Part shown: piece after piece, positions 48,601 to 61,350 of the stretch
Layout of the letters: every line of letters starts with the position of its first letter
Numbering within the stretch: the first letter of the stretch is position 1
Source of the DNA: Selaginella moellendorffii
Lineage: Eukaryota > Plantae > Lycopodiophyta
Length of the DNA: 64,000 nt
Assembly: GCF_000143415.4 (NCBI RefSeq)
Contig: NW_003314307.1
Span: forward strand, 262,922 to 326,921
Direction of reading: 5' to 3'
The notes under the pieces: generated by a model
Told to the model about the DNA's origin: nothing
Databases searched by the model: none
The model's input: only the letters and a program-made list of their open reading frames with translations
Program-made: the position numbers and the translations under genes

Positions 48601-51600
48601 CTTTGCACTTTCTATCATGCCTTAGCAAGCATTCTTAGGGATGAACCTACCCAATAGCCTAGGGAGTGGTTCCTCAATCCAGGTATGCTCACTCTATAAT
48701 CCCACACACCGGGATTACGTTGTTGTTTACGAGCCTTTGCATGCCCATTGCTAGCCTTGCCAAAATTCCATTTTTGGCTTTGTCCAATTCGAGTAGACAG
48801 TCTTCTCTTGTTTCCGCCACCTTGGACATTTGGATAGCACCTACTATCTATCATTCGCTAGGGACTTAGTCCCTTGGGCCTTATCTACTACCCTCGCGAC
48901 ATCAAACACCACCTCCTGGTGTTCTAGAGTGTTCGGGTGTCCTAATGACGGCTTCCTTGACAATAAATATTTCCTTTTATGACATTGACTTACTATATCG
49001 CAATATAAGCAACTTATCCCCCGTAAAGGTATATCCAACTTCCTTATGCCATTAAGAAGGCTTGGGTAGCTACCTTCTACCCGTTTAACCAATTATTTTG
49101 CACCTCTTGTTTAGTTGCCTCGTAGTTATCAAATCGTACAACTCATTGCTGGTGCTTCCACACCTCCATCATTATCTGGGTCACCACACTCCAAATGCAT
49201 GCTCTGCAGCTTAGGCTATGCCATTCCCATTTCTATTGGGATTCCTTTGGCAAGAGGTTCTCATGAACCCACCAACATAGCCTCAAGGTATCACACCTTG
49301 GCACATTTGGTGTCTCCACACCATTGGCTCCACGAGCCTACCTCTATGACACTACTTATTAGTGTTTAGGTTTTGCTAAAGCCAATATAGTTGTTCCTCA
49401 TGCTAACTATCCGTTAGCACCGCACCATAGTGTTTGCACCCAACTTTGGGCCAAAGTTGTTTTCTTTTGGGAACATCTTTCCCACAACTTTAGTATGGCA
49501 CATTCTGCCATCAATGAGATACCTACTGTTCTCATACTTGGATCTTATGATCCTCCCCATACCTCATGGGGCACTATACACTTCAGTTCAAATGCTCCAA
49601 TCAATCCCTTAGGACCATTCCCTGACTCCGCTTGAGTCATCTAGCATTTTGGACTTTGCTAATCCAAGAACCTGCGAGGTCTCAGTCTTAGAGGTACCAA
49701 CTCTCTAGAATACAACTTCTTGTATTCATGTCCTACTCACAAGGACAATCTTTGCAAGTGTTACTCTGACACTTGATGATTTTCTTGGGGCTAACCTTTG
49801 CCCCTTAGGACTACTTGTCCATGTGATGAGAATAGCAACTCATCTTTAAGTACACCCTCAACTCCTTGGGTTGTTCTAGCATTTATTAAAGGTAGCCCCG
49901 CTTACCATTTCAAGGACTGGTGTCCTCTTTTGTATTTAACCTCCCACGGTCAACAATTCCGGACTCAAATTTATGAGTACCAGCCTCAACCATATAAGGG
50001 TAATCTTGTGATTCCTTTATTGTTTTGGAGTCTGCATCTTCCCCGTGATCCCAACTATAGTTGTTTACCACAACTACATTAGCTCATTTGCTGCATCAAA
50101 CGCTCATCTGGATCACATCCTCATCTCTCTGAGGAAACCCTTATACTGTTCCCAAGATCCCAAAGTCGTTCCATTATTGGCCCTTTTCTATCCACCACCT
50201 CACCTACAAGTTCACACATGAACTGTAATGGAGAGCCATGTCTTCCCGACTTGCTACTCCTCAAGGATAGGCCCACTCCTCGGACCTTCCGATGCAAACA
50301 CCAGTGGTGATATACTTGAGCACCAATAAAAGTCGGACTAAGGAACAACTCCGATACCAAGTTGTAAGCGACTAAATTTTCCATTCTACTTTAGTCACTT
50401 AACCACACCTCCGACCACTTGGAAGAGTCTCATTCACCACCTCCATAAGTCCAATTCAGGACTTGGGACTTGCTAGCCCCGAGAATGGCATCTATGCCAC
50501 TCAACATTTGCACTTGGTCCAAGTGCTCCACGTGTCCAATCCCATGACCGACACTCAAAGGTACCACCGACATGGCAGCCTGTTACGCTAAGGCCATGCC
50601 CAATCACCTTTGCCACACTGGTAGTCCAATACCACTTGCATCACAGTCTTGGCTCTCCAAGACTAGGCAATCCCTCCATGAGTGGTCATCTCAGATCCAC
50701 TCCTTAGCATCTTTAGGATGCCCACCGACAAGGGGAATAACCTTCCCCAATATCCCTCTGTCAGTCTCCACTAAGTCCCTTTCTACCCCTGGCCGTGTTT
50801 GCCAACACTGCCACTGGATCGAGGCCCACAGGCCCGACCACTAAGTCCCACGGTCCTCTAGGACTTCCACACCACACGACTGTGTCCTTGGTCACTACCC
50901 TAGAGGATTGCTCCTCTTCCTTTCCACAGTTTAGGCCTTTGGGACAACATTTCGGAACACCGTGGCCTTACGCGAGCCACCTGGGTACTCTCCCCGCCTT
51001 CCGCCCTTGGGTGCTCTAGCCATGGGCTTAGAGCGAGGTTCCGTTGAGCCACGCCTGGTATCCAAGTAGGTAGTGCCACCCACACTTGGACTGGGAGCAT
51101 CGGCCAGTCGATCTCCCGGGGGAACTAGAGCCGGCTCTTGAACACTTCACCAAGCTACCCCGCTTGTCGGTCCGTATTCACTCTAGTCTTGGACTTCCCA
51201 GTGGTCAGCTCATCACCCAACACTGGGTCTGGCCTTCCTGGGCCAAACTGGCCTTTCCTAGCCAAACTGGCTCTACGGTACTCCAACCCCCACACTCTCC
51301 CTACTATACTTTTGGAACCCCCCGCAGCCCCCCCCCCCCCCCCCACCCANNNNNNNNNNNNNNNNNNNNNNNNNNNNNNNNNNNNNNNNNNNNNNNNNNN
51401 NNNNNNNNNNNNNNNNNNNNNNNNNNNNNNNNNNNNNNNNNNNNNNNNNNNNNNNNNNNNNNNNNNNNNNNNNNNNNNNNNNNNNNNNNNNNNNNNNNNN
51501 NNNNNNNNNNNNNNNNNNNNNNNNNNNNNNNNNNNNNNNNNNNNNNNNNNNNNNNNNNNNNNNNNNNNNNNNNNNNNNNNNNNNNNNNNNNNNNNNNNNN

Positions 51601-52439
51601 NNNNNNNNNNNNNNNNNNNNNNNNNNNNNNNNNNNNNNNNNNNNNNNNNNNNNNNNNNNNNNNNNNNNNNNNNNNNNNNNNNNNNNNNNNNNNNNNNNNN
51701 NNNNNNNNNNNNNNNNNNNNNNNNNNNNNNNNNNNNCTCCATATCGGACTCCACTTCGGGTCCATCTTGGACTCCATATCGGACTCCATATCGGACTCCA
51801 CTTCGGGTCCATCTTGGACTCCATATCGGACTCCATCTCAGACTCCACTTCGGACTCGGTCTCGGTCTCGGTCTCGGTCCCGGTCTCGGTTCCATCTCGG
51901 ACTCCATTTTGGACTCCATCTCGGGTCCATCTCGGACTCCATCTCGGGTCCATCTCGGACTCCATCTCGGGTCCATCTCGGACTCCATCTCGGATCCATC
52001 TCGGACTCCATCTCGGATCCATCTCGGACTCCATCTCAGACTCCATATCGGACTCCATCTCGGACTCCACTTCGGACTCCATATCGGACTCCACCTCGGG
52101 TCCATCTCGGACTCCATATCGGACTCCATCTCGAACTCCACTTCGGACTCCATATCGGACTCCATATCGGACTCCACTTCGGGTCCATCTCGAACTCCAC
52201 TTCGGGTCCATCTCGGACTCCAATTCGGGTCCTTTCTGGGTCCCTTTTTAGAGCCTCGCTTATGGCTCACTTCGTGCTCATTCCTCGAGCACCTTGTTGG
52301 GAGTTCCACTCCCGCTTTCGACCTTTCAAGTCGGAGCTTTTAGTCCAAACGTGTTACGCTCGTTTGGCTTTCGCTTCAGCCACTACCATGTGGCGCCCTT
52401 CCGGCTCCACTTTGGGGCCTAGGGATTGTGTGTCTCACA
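44568..52439 (-). mobile_element. Complete LARD-like family A element (A3), inverted inside solo LTR A2
   Basis: LTRs 44568-46218 and 50363-52439. AAGAG TSD at 44563-44567 and 52440-52444. PBS TGGTATCGGAG on the minus strand at ~50349-50359. The 4.1-kb internal region has no long ORF. Confidence 0.94.
51350..51736. other. Assembly gap (N run) after a poly-C tract, inside the LTR tandem array
   Basis: Run of N characters. Confidence 1.
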
Positions 52440-53389
52440 AAGAGTCGGCTCTAGTTCCCCCGGGAGATTGACTGGCCGATGCTCCCAGTCCAAGTGTGGG
52501 TGGCACTACCTACTTGGATACCAGGCGTGGCTCAACGGAACGTCGCTCTAAGCCCATGGCTAGAGCACCTAAAGGTGGAAGGCGGGGAGAGTACCTATGA
52601 GGCTCGTGTAAGGCCACGGTGTTCCGAAATGTTATCCCAAAGTCCCAGACTGTGGAAAGAAAGAGGAGTAGCCCTCTGGTGTGGTGACCAAGGACACAAT
52701 CACACGGTGAGAAAGTCCTAGAGGACTGTGGGACTTGGTGGTCGGGCCTGTGGGCCTTGATCCAGTGGCAGTGTTGGCAAACATGGCCCTAGATAAAAAA
52801 TGACTTAGTGAGGACCGGAAAGGAGATATTGGGGAAGGCTATTCCCCATGTCTGTGGGCATCCTAAGGATGCTAAGGAGTGGGTCTAGGATGACCACTCA
52901 TGGACGGATGGCCCAGTCTTGGAGAGACGAGATTGCAATGATGGACCATTGATGTGACCAAGGTGAATGGTTATAGCCTAGCATAATGGGCTAATATATT
53001 AGTGGTACCTTAGGGTGTCGATCATGGGATCGGACACGTGGAACACTTGGACCAAGTGCAAGGGTTGAGTGGCATGGATGCCATTCTTAGGGCTAGCAAA
53101 TCCCTAAGTCTAGAATAAGACTTACAGAGGGGTGAGTGAGACTCCTCCAAGTGGTCAGAGGTGTGGTTACGTGACTAAAGTAAGATGGAAAATTTAGTCA
53201 CTTACATTAACCCTATATATCCCAAGACCCTTAACTAATTAGAAAAAGAGGTGTACTCTTATTTATAAGCCATTTCCTTATATATTTGAACCATTATAAA
53301 TTGACTCTCAAGTCATTCCCTTTAGATACTTATAGCCCTCTCCAAGTTTAGCAAAAATATCAAGGTGACATTTGCTTGTTTCAAAACTA

Positions 53390-54200
53390 GTTATTGCTTT
53401 GAAACACTAGGCATTTAGGGATATGTGGCAAATGATTGATGATGCATTTAAAGTGGCTTCATGCACTACTCAAGCTTATCCATGCCATTTTAGCTGTGCA
53501 TTTCTTAAGCATGAAGGACTAATGATCCATTAGCCGAATAAGGAGGGAATGAATAAAGTTATAACAAGATTTTAAAGATTGCATGGATTCCTAAATTGTT
53601 GTGGTGCAATAGATTGCACTCACATTGCAATTGAGCTCCCAAGATCAGAGGATGTAACAGATTGGTATGCTAAGGCAAAAAAATACTACTCAATGGTAGT
53701 TCAAGGCATGGTTCCAGATATACGAGTTTGAAATTCTAGTGGTTTGAAGAAGGTATGGATTGAGAATAAGTGTTTATGTGGTCTAGTGTACCACAAAAAG
53801 TTTGGGGACATTCCACAATATATCATTGATGATGAAGGATATAATTGTGCTTTATTGGTTTTGGTCCCATATCCAAACAGGTTTCATGGCAAAGAGCAAT
53901 ACAACTTCCTTCATTGTTCTACAAGTATTGTTGTTGAGCAATCTTTTGAAATTTTAAAGAGGCAATGAAAATTACTAGCTCATAAGGGATTTAAAACCTG
54001 CCATTCCTTGTAATCATCAAGTTATGTAGCGCACAGCATGCCATGATGTTATTCATGAAGATGCCTAGATGTCCTCATAGAAAATTTTGACCCTAACAGA
54101 TTTAAACATAATGCAAGCTACTTTCCATAAAAGTCTCTTCATTCAGCTAAAGATGGTATAGCATTGAGAGACACCATTGAAAAGTTGTAGAGAGCTTAGT
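53390..54200 (+). pseudogene. Degenerate PIF/Harbinger transposase-type nuclease (HARBI1/ALP1-like, DDE_Tnp_4)
   Basis: 'GFLNCCGAIDCTHIAIELP...WY..KKYYSMVVQG' from about 53585; 'PQYIIDDEGY...LVPY...YNFLHCSTSIVVEQSFEILKRQ*'. Frameshifts and stops. Confidence 0.85.
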
Positions 54201-54399
54201 GTGATAGTACTATTGTACTTTATTCAATACAATGTTTTTGAATGAACTTCCATGTTTGCAACCTTTAATATTCCATTATAGGTCATACATATCAGCCACA
54301 TATTCTAACAATTCTGAGGCTTTGTAGCAGGTGTAATGAAACAGTCACAGTTAAGCTTGTAAGCAAACCTTGTGGTGTTCAACATCAGTACATGTGATA

Positions 54400-55087
54400 A
54401 GGCGAGCAAGAGCATTCCCTATGGTAGTAGTAAGGCAAATGAGATCTCTCCCTGCAGTACCTTCTAAGATTTGTCATGGCTGTCACCCCTTTATAGAGAG
54501 TAGCGGGGTGATCTACAAAAGTAGTCCCTATAATCCCTATCTCAGTCTCTCTCATAGTGTCGTGGACCATAACCTGATGGCCAAGATCTTGGAGGAGCTG
54601 TGATGAAACTAGAAAAAATATTAGAATAGAATTGCAAGAGCTCCACCATAGCCACGATGAAGATGTTTGCTGGAAGATCCACCACATCTGTGCTGATCTT
54701 GCCAAGTTTCAAGGATGTCAATGACTTACTGTTCACGATAATATGCACTAGGTCAGAGAGACTTGAAAAATCCAAGCCAGTGAGGAAGAAACTGAGAACT
54801 TCCAGGGTGCTGTTGCTCACTATAAGCTCGTGGAGCACTAACTTCCATCATCCTCGATCATGCTCTCTTCCAAATAAAGAACTCGTAAAGATCCATGATA
54901 AAGGTAAAATAAAAAACAACACCGAAATAAGAGAATTACTTACTTGAACTCTCAAGCCTAGTGGAGAACCTAGAGCACTTGTCCAACCTAGGAACTAGCC
55001 AAAGCCTCAAGCAAGCAATTTGAAGGCCATCTCTAGAGAGGCAAATACTGTAAATTGAATCCATGGCTCGCAATAGCCACCCCAATC
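54400..55087 (-). pseudogene. COI1: COI1-like (TIR1/COI1 F-box-LRR) gene fragment with intron remnant
   Basis: 'DWGGYCEPWIQ', 'RLDKCSRFST', GTAAGT donor, 'LRVLYLEESMIEDDG', 'LHELIVSNSTLEVLSFFLT...SDLVHI..NSKSLTSLKLG' are colinear with COI1 LRRs as I recall them. Deletions and frameshifts. Confidence 0.75.
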
Positions 55088-55099
55088 CTTCAAACTTAG

Positions 55100-55605
55100 A
55101 ATGTGGTGAGGAAGTCCTAGTGGTCAATGGGACTTAGTGGTTCAAGCTTCAAGCCCTGACCCCATGGTAATTTTGGCGAGCATAGACATGTATGGAAAGG
55201 GGTTTGGTAGGGACTAAAGAAGGGATATATGCCATTTGTTCATGATTGATCATATTATGATCTCAGCTTAGCATCATTATGATACCCAAAGACATAGGGA
55301 ACACCCTTCCTCATGTCTTTGGGAAACAAGACTATGGCACAAGTTATCTTAGACTACCAATAAAACAAGGGTGAATGGATATGGCTTTAGCATAATAGGC
55401 TAATATGCTAATAGTACATTTAAGTGTTTGTAGTGGGATAAAAAATGTGAAACACTTGAATCTAGTGTAAAGGTAGAGTGGTATAAAAGCCATTCACAAA
55501 GCTAACAAGCCCCCAAGTTATGAATAGAATTTATAAAGGTTGTGAGTAAGACTCCTCCAAGTGATCAAAAGTGACTAAAGTAAAATAGAAAAATTAATCA
55601 TTTAA
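55100..55605 (+). mobile_element. Old, degenerate 3' fragment of a family A LTR
   Basis: GTGAGGAAGTCCTAG..GGGACTTAGTGG...GACTCCTCCAAGTG..GTGACTAAAGTA.AATAGAAAAAT matches the LTR end at 19660-20160. Confidence 0.8.
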
Positions 55606-55982
55606 AAAGGGTTTTCAACACTAGTAACTTCAAGCTAACATATGAGTTTCTCATACCAAGTTGAGTTTACTCAATAAGAAACACATAGAAAGTTTTTACC
55701 TTATGTTTATCTTGCATACATATATAATGACCAATTTCTCAAGTAGCTTGGGATAAAGGATCTAATAAAACTAACATTCTACTGTTGTGACAGTAAAAAA
55801 AAGAATATTCAAAAAGACTTGCTAATAAGTAACATTTGATACCCATAATTACATTTGCAACACTAACAAAAAAAAGATAAAGTGAAAGGCAATTGTTTTT
55901 GTTGCCATAAGCCTAAACAAACCATCATAATAAAGATTGTCTTTTAAGGGGTTAATGAATGCTAAGATGAATATAATGGAAT

Positions 55983-56108
55983 GTCCTTGTGCTTGGCATT
56001 GAGCGTATGGAAGACCGAGTGATGCTGGTTGTCATATCTTCCCGCCACGAGGTCCAGACCACCCACGAAACCTGTGATGGCCCTCATATGGCTTCCGGAT
56101 GCCCCATC
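55983..56108 (-). pseudogene. Phospholipase D (C2-PLD) gene fragment, region just after the first HKD motif
   Basis: 'RAITGFVGGLDLVAGRYDNQHHSVFHTLNAKHKD' resembles plant PLD 'RIVSFVGGLDLCDGRYDT..HSLFRTLDTVH.DD'. No other PLD exons recognised nearby. Confidence 0.75.
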
Positions 56109-57056
56109 ATATATGTACTTTAAAATTTTTTTCTCAATTGAGTCTAATCCCATTGACTGTTTTAACAATGTCCACAGGACCACATCATATCGCTTAAGCA
56201 TCAGCCCTTACTACATCATAGTATGTCACCCATGTCAGCTGATTGTTCTGCATCTCCAAGCCATGGAAAAGAAAGAATATTATGCTTTCAGTAACTCATG
56301 ACCTCTTGCTTACAAAGCAAGCACATTACCATTAAAGCTTTACACATGAAGATGAAAAAAGAGGACAATATTCATAATAAGCCTTCTCTATTTTTTGAAG
56401 GGGAGTATGTAAAGCTTGTCCTTACAAGTTTGCAAGTCAAAGATAAAATTGTTGACAAAAAAGCTGGAAAGAAATGGTAGATCTAGACAATGCAAAAAGC
56501 TAAATCTAAACCAAAATCCTGAAAGGACAAAATCTTTCAAGTATCCTCACACAGAGTTTGACATTGGGGTGTCTCCTAATGTCAAGGTAAGCAAGCTCTT
56601 TCTTTGACAACCACAGCTCTTCATTGGAAACTTTGGTTGTTTTGCAGCTCTTTGGATGTGAAAGTGGGCATTGCTTGGTTCGACCACTTGTTCAATGCCC
56701 ACTATTACGTGATTTTATCACGACTGGTTCTAGGAGTTTCCGTGAACACTTAAGATCTAACCCAAAAAAGGACTCCAAGGCAGGCAACATTTGCTGGTTG
56801 ACTCTCCAAACGTTTGTTTAATCGTAAAAGTGTTGTTTCGTTGAGAGTTCCCATAAGTTCAAAGTACAATTGCAACCAAACAACAAAAAGGCGCGTAGAA
56901 ATAGACAGTCGAATTTTCGACTGACTTTTCAATACAAGATAAGCGTTGATTCTCGACGCCGTTGGATGGATGCACCGGTGACCGTTGGATCGGCAGGAGG
57001 CGTGGGAAATAAATTCCACCATTCAAATGTTTTTAGGCGTGGAGGGTTTTAGTATC

Positions 57057-58271
57057 ATGGGCCAGATGTGTTGCTGCTTCCAGGTGCCCCAGTCGAGGGT
57101 AGCGATCAAGGAGCGATGGGGCAAATTCGACGAGGTCCTGGATCCCGGATGCCACTGCGTCCCTTGGATCTTTGGCAGCAACATCACTGGATCTCTCAAT
57201 CTCAGGATCCAGCAGCTGGATGTGCGCTGCGAGACCAAGACCAAGGTTAGGGTTCTTGGCTTCTGGGCTTCTCTGGGCTGAATTTTGGGGGGGTTTCTTG
57301 CCTGCCAGGACAATGTCTTTGTGACGGTCGTAGCATCGGTCCAGTATGCGGTGGTCCAGGCCGACGCCATGGATGCTTACTACAAGCTCTCTAATCCGCG
57401 GGAGCAAATCCAAGCTTATGTCTTTGATGGTTTGTATTTTATTTTTTGCGTTTGACTTTGCTCGTTTCAAATCGTTTCCTTGCAGTCGTCCGCGCTTGCG
57501 TGCCAAAGATGATTCTGGACGATGTTTTTGAGCAGAAGAATGAAGTTGCCAAATCTGTCGAGGACGAGCTCGAAAAGGTACTGAGCCTCTTCTTCTTCGC
57601 TTTGGTCTTGTTAGATGCGCTTCTTCGAAGTTGATCTCTCTTAGAGGTCCTTTCTTTTCTTGTTATATGATTTTCACTCCTTCCTTTCGATCGTGGCAGG
57701 CAATGGCCGCATACGGATATCGCATCGTCCAGACCTTGATTGTCGACGTTGAGCCGGACAAAACTGTTCGAAATGCCATGAACGAGATCAACGCAGGTTC
57801 TATTCTTATCAACTATTCCTATGCATTTGTTTATGTTTTCTTCCGGACTTTGTCCGCGCGTTACTTTGGGGATCCCGTTAACACTGTTTGCTCTTTTGTT
57901 TTGTGGCAGCTGCGAGGCTGAGAGTGGCGGCCAACGAGAAGGCCGAGGCCGAGAAGATCCTCCAGGTGAAGCGGGCCGAGGCGGAGGCCGAGTCCAAGTA
58001 TCTGTCCGGCGTGGGAGTGGCGAGGCAGCGCCAGGCGATTGTGGACGGCCTCCGCGAGAGCGTCTTGGCCTTCTCGCACAACGTTCCAGGGACGAGCGCC
58101 AAGGACGTTATGGACATGGTGCTCTTGACGCAGTACTTCGACACCATGAAGGAGATTGGTGCCACCTCCAAATCGTCCACCGTCTTCCTGCCGCATGGAC
58201 CCGGTGCCGTGCGGGACGTTGCCGAGCAGATCCGCAACGGGATGCTGCAGGCCGAGGCCTTCACGCAGTGA
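57057..58271 (+). CDS. HIR: Hypersensitive-induced response protein (HIR, SPFH/band-7), 5 exons
   Basis: '[33 protein letters not shown]', '[17 protein letters not shown]', '[18 protein letters not shown]', '[20 protein letters not shown]'. Confidence 0.95.
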
Positions 58272-59231
58272 CCAGTCACAGATTGCCACAGATTGCCACA
58301 GGGTTGCCACCTTTTGTAAATAATACAAGCTCTCGATCAATACGTTTATACGATCTTGAAACGAAGCTGATCTTGCATGGTTGTTTATACGACAAGGTTG
58401 AAGAGTGGTACTCTTGATGATCTTTCTCTTTCAAGCGTGAACACTTGGTGAATAAGTTCATGCTTTTCATGAGGTGAACACATTACATGTTTAGCTCTTC
58501 TGAAAACTGATGCAAAGCAATGCTCAACTGCCTTGAATGATCATGACTAGGGGATGGAATGGACGATCCCATCACTTTGTGCAACACTTATCATCCAAAC
58601 TTTTGAGGTACCTAAAGCTGCTGTGTTTCTTACGCTTATGGTATAGTTGAAAGCTAAATGATGCTGAAAGCACTTCCCAGTAAATTGCCCCACCTTCAAC
58701 ATTGGCATTTTGCAAGTAATTTTTAAATCAGAAAGGAAAAAAAAAAGCAAAAAAGAAAAAGAAAAAGAATGTACCGTCGTTGAACTTGAAAAACATATTC
58801 CTCCTCATCTTCCACACAGATTCCCCTTGATTTTGACTCACCAAGATTCTGCCCTAAAACAGAGGTCCCCTAAACTTTAGGGCACACGCGAAAGTTAAAT
58901 AGCGGCAAACGCGTGAGAGGGGCCCGAGCAAACGTCACAGCGTGGGAAGGCATTCCGGGCAGTCAAGAAAGGCCCCTTCCTCTCCTCAAATCCCACCTCT
59001 CGAATCGATTTCCATTTGGATTTGGATTCTAGCGAGCGCAGCCCATCTTTTTGTCGAGCCCTGCAAGGAAAAAAATCAGAAAAAATAAGAGAGAAGAAAA
59101 ATATCAGCTTCCATGGTCGGTGAAAACCACCGCCAGGAACTCCAAAGTGGAACAACCTCTCACGCCGATCATCCATCGATTCCACTGGAAATTCCCCCCT
59201 TCTTCTTCTTCTTCTTCTCTTCGCCGCGGCC

Positions 59232-60751
59232 ATGGTGGTTCCTCTGTGCGTCCTCCTCCACATTTGCATCGCCGTCAATCCACCAGGTAAAAAATTCGAT
59301 CGATCGAGCGAGGGAGAACGCGATTGATTTCTTCTTCTTTCCCAGGCAGCAGCACTCCCGGGAGTGGGCTTGATCAAATCGGTGTGAACTATGGCCGAGT
59401 CTCGGACAACATCCCCTCCCCAAACCAGACGGTGGAGCTGCTCAAATCCATGAACGTCCGCCTCGTCAAGCTCTTCGATGCCAATCCCCAAGTCCTCACT
59501 GCCCTCTCCAACAGCTCCATTCGCGTCACGATCATGGTGCCAAACGAGATCATCGGCGCCGTGGCCTCCTCTCAATCCAGTGCCGACGACTGGATTGCCC
59601 AGAGCGTCCTGCCCTACTACCCCAGCACCCAGATCATCGTCATCGTCGTCGGCAACGAGATCTTCTCCTATCCAGCCCTCGCCCAGACGTGGCAGCAGCT
59701 CATGCCCGCGATCGAGAACCTCCACCGCTCGCTCCAGAGCCACAACCTCGACGATCGCATCAAGATCACTACCTCGGTCGCGGGGGACGTGCTGGCGGCG
59801 TCCTACCCCCCATCCGTGGGGAGATTTCGCCCGGACATCCGCGACACCGTGCTCAAGCCCTTGTTAGGGTTCTTGCGGACAACGCGGGCGCCATTCTACA
59901 TCAATCTCTACCCCTATTTCGCGTGGGCGGGCAATCCGGTCAACATCTCCCTGGGCTACGCGCTCTTCGATCCCGCCGCCACGGTCGTTCGCGATGGCAA
60001 GCTCAGGTACACGAATCTGCTCGACGCCATGACGGACGCGACCTTCTCGGCGATGGAGGATCTAGGGTTTGACGATGTGGAGCTCGGGATCAGCGAGACG
60101 GGGTGGCCGAATGCCGGCGATGAGAACGAGAGGGGCGCTACGCGATCGAACGCCGCGACCTACAATCGCCGGCTAGTGAGGAAGGTGGTCGAGGGGAGAG
60201 GGACACCAAAGAGGCCTAACAGCGCCATAGAGACTTTCATCTTCGCACTCTACAACGAGAATCTCAAGCCCGGGCCTGGCATCGAGCGGCATTGGGGGCT
60301 GCTCTACCCGGATGGGCGGCCGGTTTACAGCATCGATCTCACGGGCAGGCTCTCGGATTCGCAGTACGAGGCGGTGCCAGAGCCCATGTCGGTTGCGGTC
60401 GTGAATTCTTCCTCGTCTTCTTCTTCGTGGTGCGTCGCCAGGCCGGATGCTGATACGAGCTCTCTCCAGAGAGAGTTGGACAGGATTTGCAGCCAGAATC
60501 CCAGTGACTGCGCTGCGATCCAGGACGGGCAGTCGTGCTTCTATCCCAACACGATCATCGCGCACGCCTCCTACGCTTTTAATCGTCGCTGGATCCGAGA
60601 GAATCAGTGCTCTTTCTCGAGCACGGCGGCTCTAACGAAGATCAATCCAAGTAAGCTTTTGGAGTTTCTTTGCTCGTTTTTGGAGTTTCGAGCTTACGAT
60701 TTGGATTGACTGACAGGCTATGGATCTTGCATCTTCCCCTCGTCGAATTGA
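59232..60751 (+). CDS. Glucan endo-1,3-beta-glucosidase (GH17) with C-terminal X8 domain, 3 exons
   Basis: Signal-peptide exon 59232-59286; 'IGVNYG', 'VGNE', 'INLYPYFA', 'ISETGWP', 'FALYNENLKPG'; X8 'WCVA...C..I..G.SCFYPNT...HASYAFN...NPSYGSCIFP'. Confidence 0.96.
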
Positions 60752-61350
60752 TATTGATTTGACAACACGTATAGCTACAATACGCTACGAATTCGCCTGT
60801 ACACACCGACAAAAAGCATCGATCGATCGCCATCGTTTTCGTCGTGCTGCTGCGTTTTTTCCAAGCCACGCAGCTCCGCCGCCGCCATTTGGAGAGGAAA
60901 AAAAAAGGAAAAGGATCTCCTTTTGGTGATTTCGCGTGCGTGCGTGTGTGTGTGTGAGTGTTGCGTTGTGGGTGCGTAGGAAAGAAAAATCGCAAATGGA
61001 GGTTCTATGCGTACAATTAAAGAACTTCCGGTCTTTCCAAAAGTCTTGGATCACATCAAATGGAAGAAACTTCTAAATTCTTTTTCTTCATTGGATGTTC
61101 ACTAATATACAGTGGAGAATGCTCCCTGGTATATTGTCTCTTTCTCGTTAAACGAACCTCTGTGAGATCTAAAAGGTGTTCTATCGAGTCCCAGTGATTC
61201 TATGCTGAATCGCACGAGCTGATGCTGCTGCTGCTGCTTTGATTGAGATGATCACACACTGCTGCTGGCTGTGTGGAAAAAACTTGGTGAGGACGAAAAG
61301 GAAGAAAAAAAATTTCTTCCCTGCTTCGAGCTATCAAGCGAGCGAGCGCG

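Larger units (their letters stand above)
43693..53206 (+). mobile_element. Solo LTR of family A (A2), split by A3; pieces 43693-44567 and 52445-53206
   Basis: TGTGAG...TTACA flanked by TTAAC TSD at 43688-43692 and 53207-53211. No PBS or PPT adjacent. Confidence 0.92.
43300..53334 (-). mobile_element. TRIM copy 2 (Cassandra-like), split; pieces 43300-43692 and 53212-53334
   Basis: Homologous to copy 1: LTR 43300-43480, internal 43481-43629, second LTR from 43630. The minus strand contains GGGATGGGTGAC (5S C-box-like). Imperfect TSD GCCTC / GCCCTC. Confidence 0.8.

Noticed and set aside
54400-60751. Defence/jasmonate gene cluster (COI1, PLD, HIR, glucanase)
   Set aside because: COI1 and PLD are only broken fragments, so the co-location is most simply coincidental.
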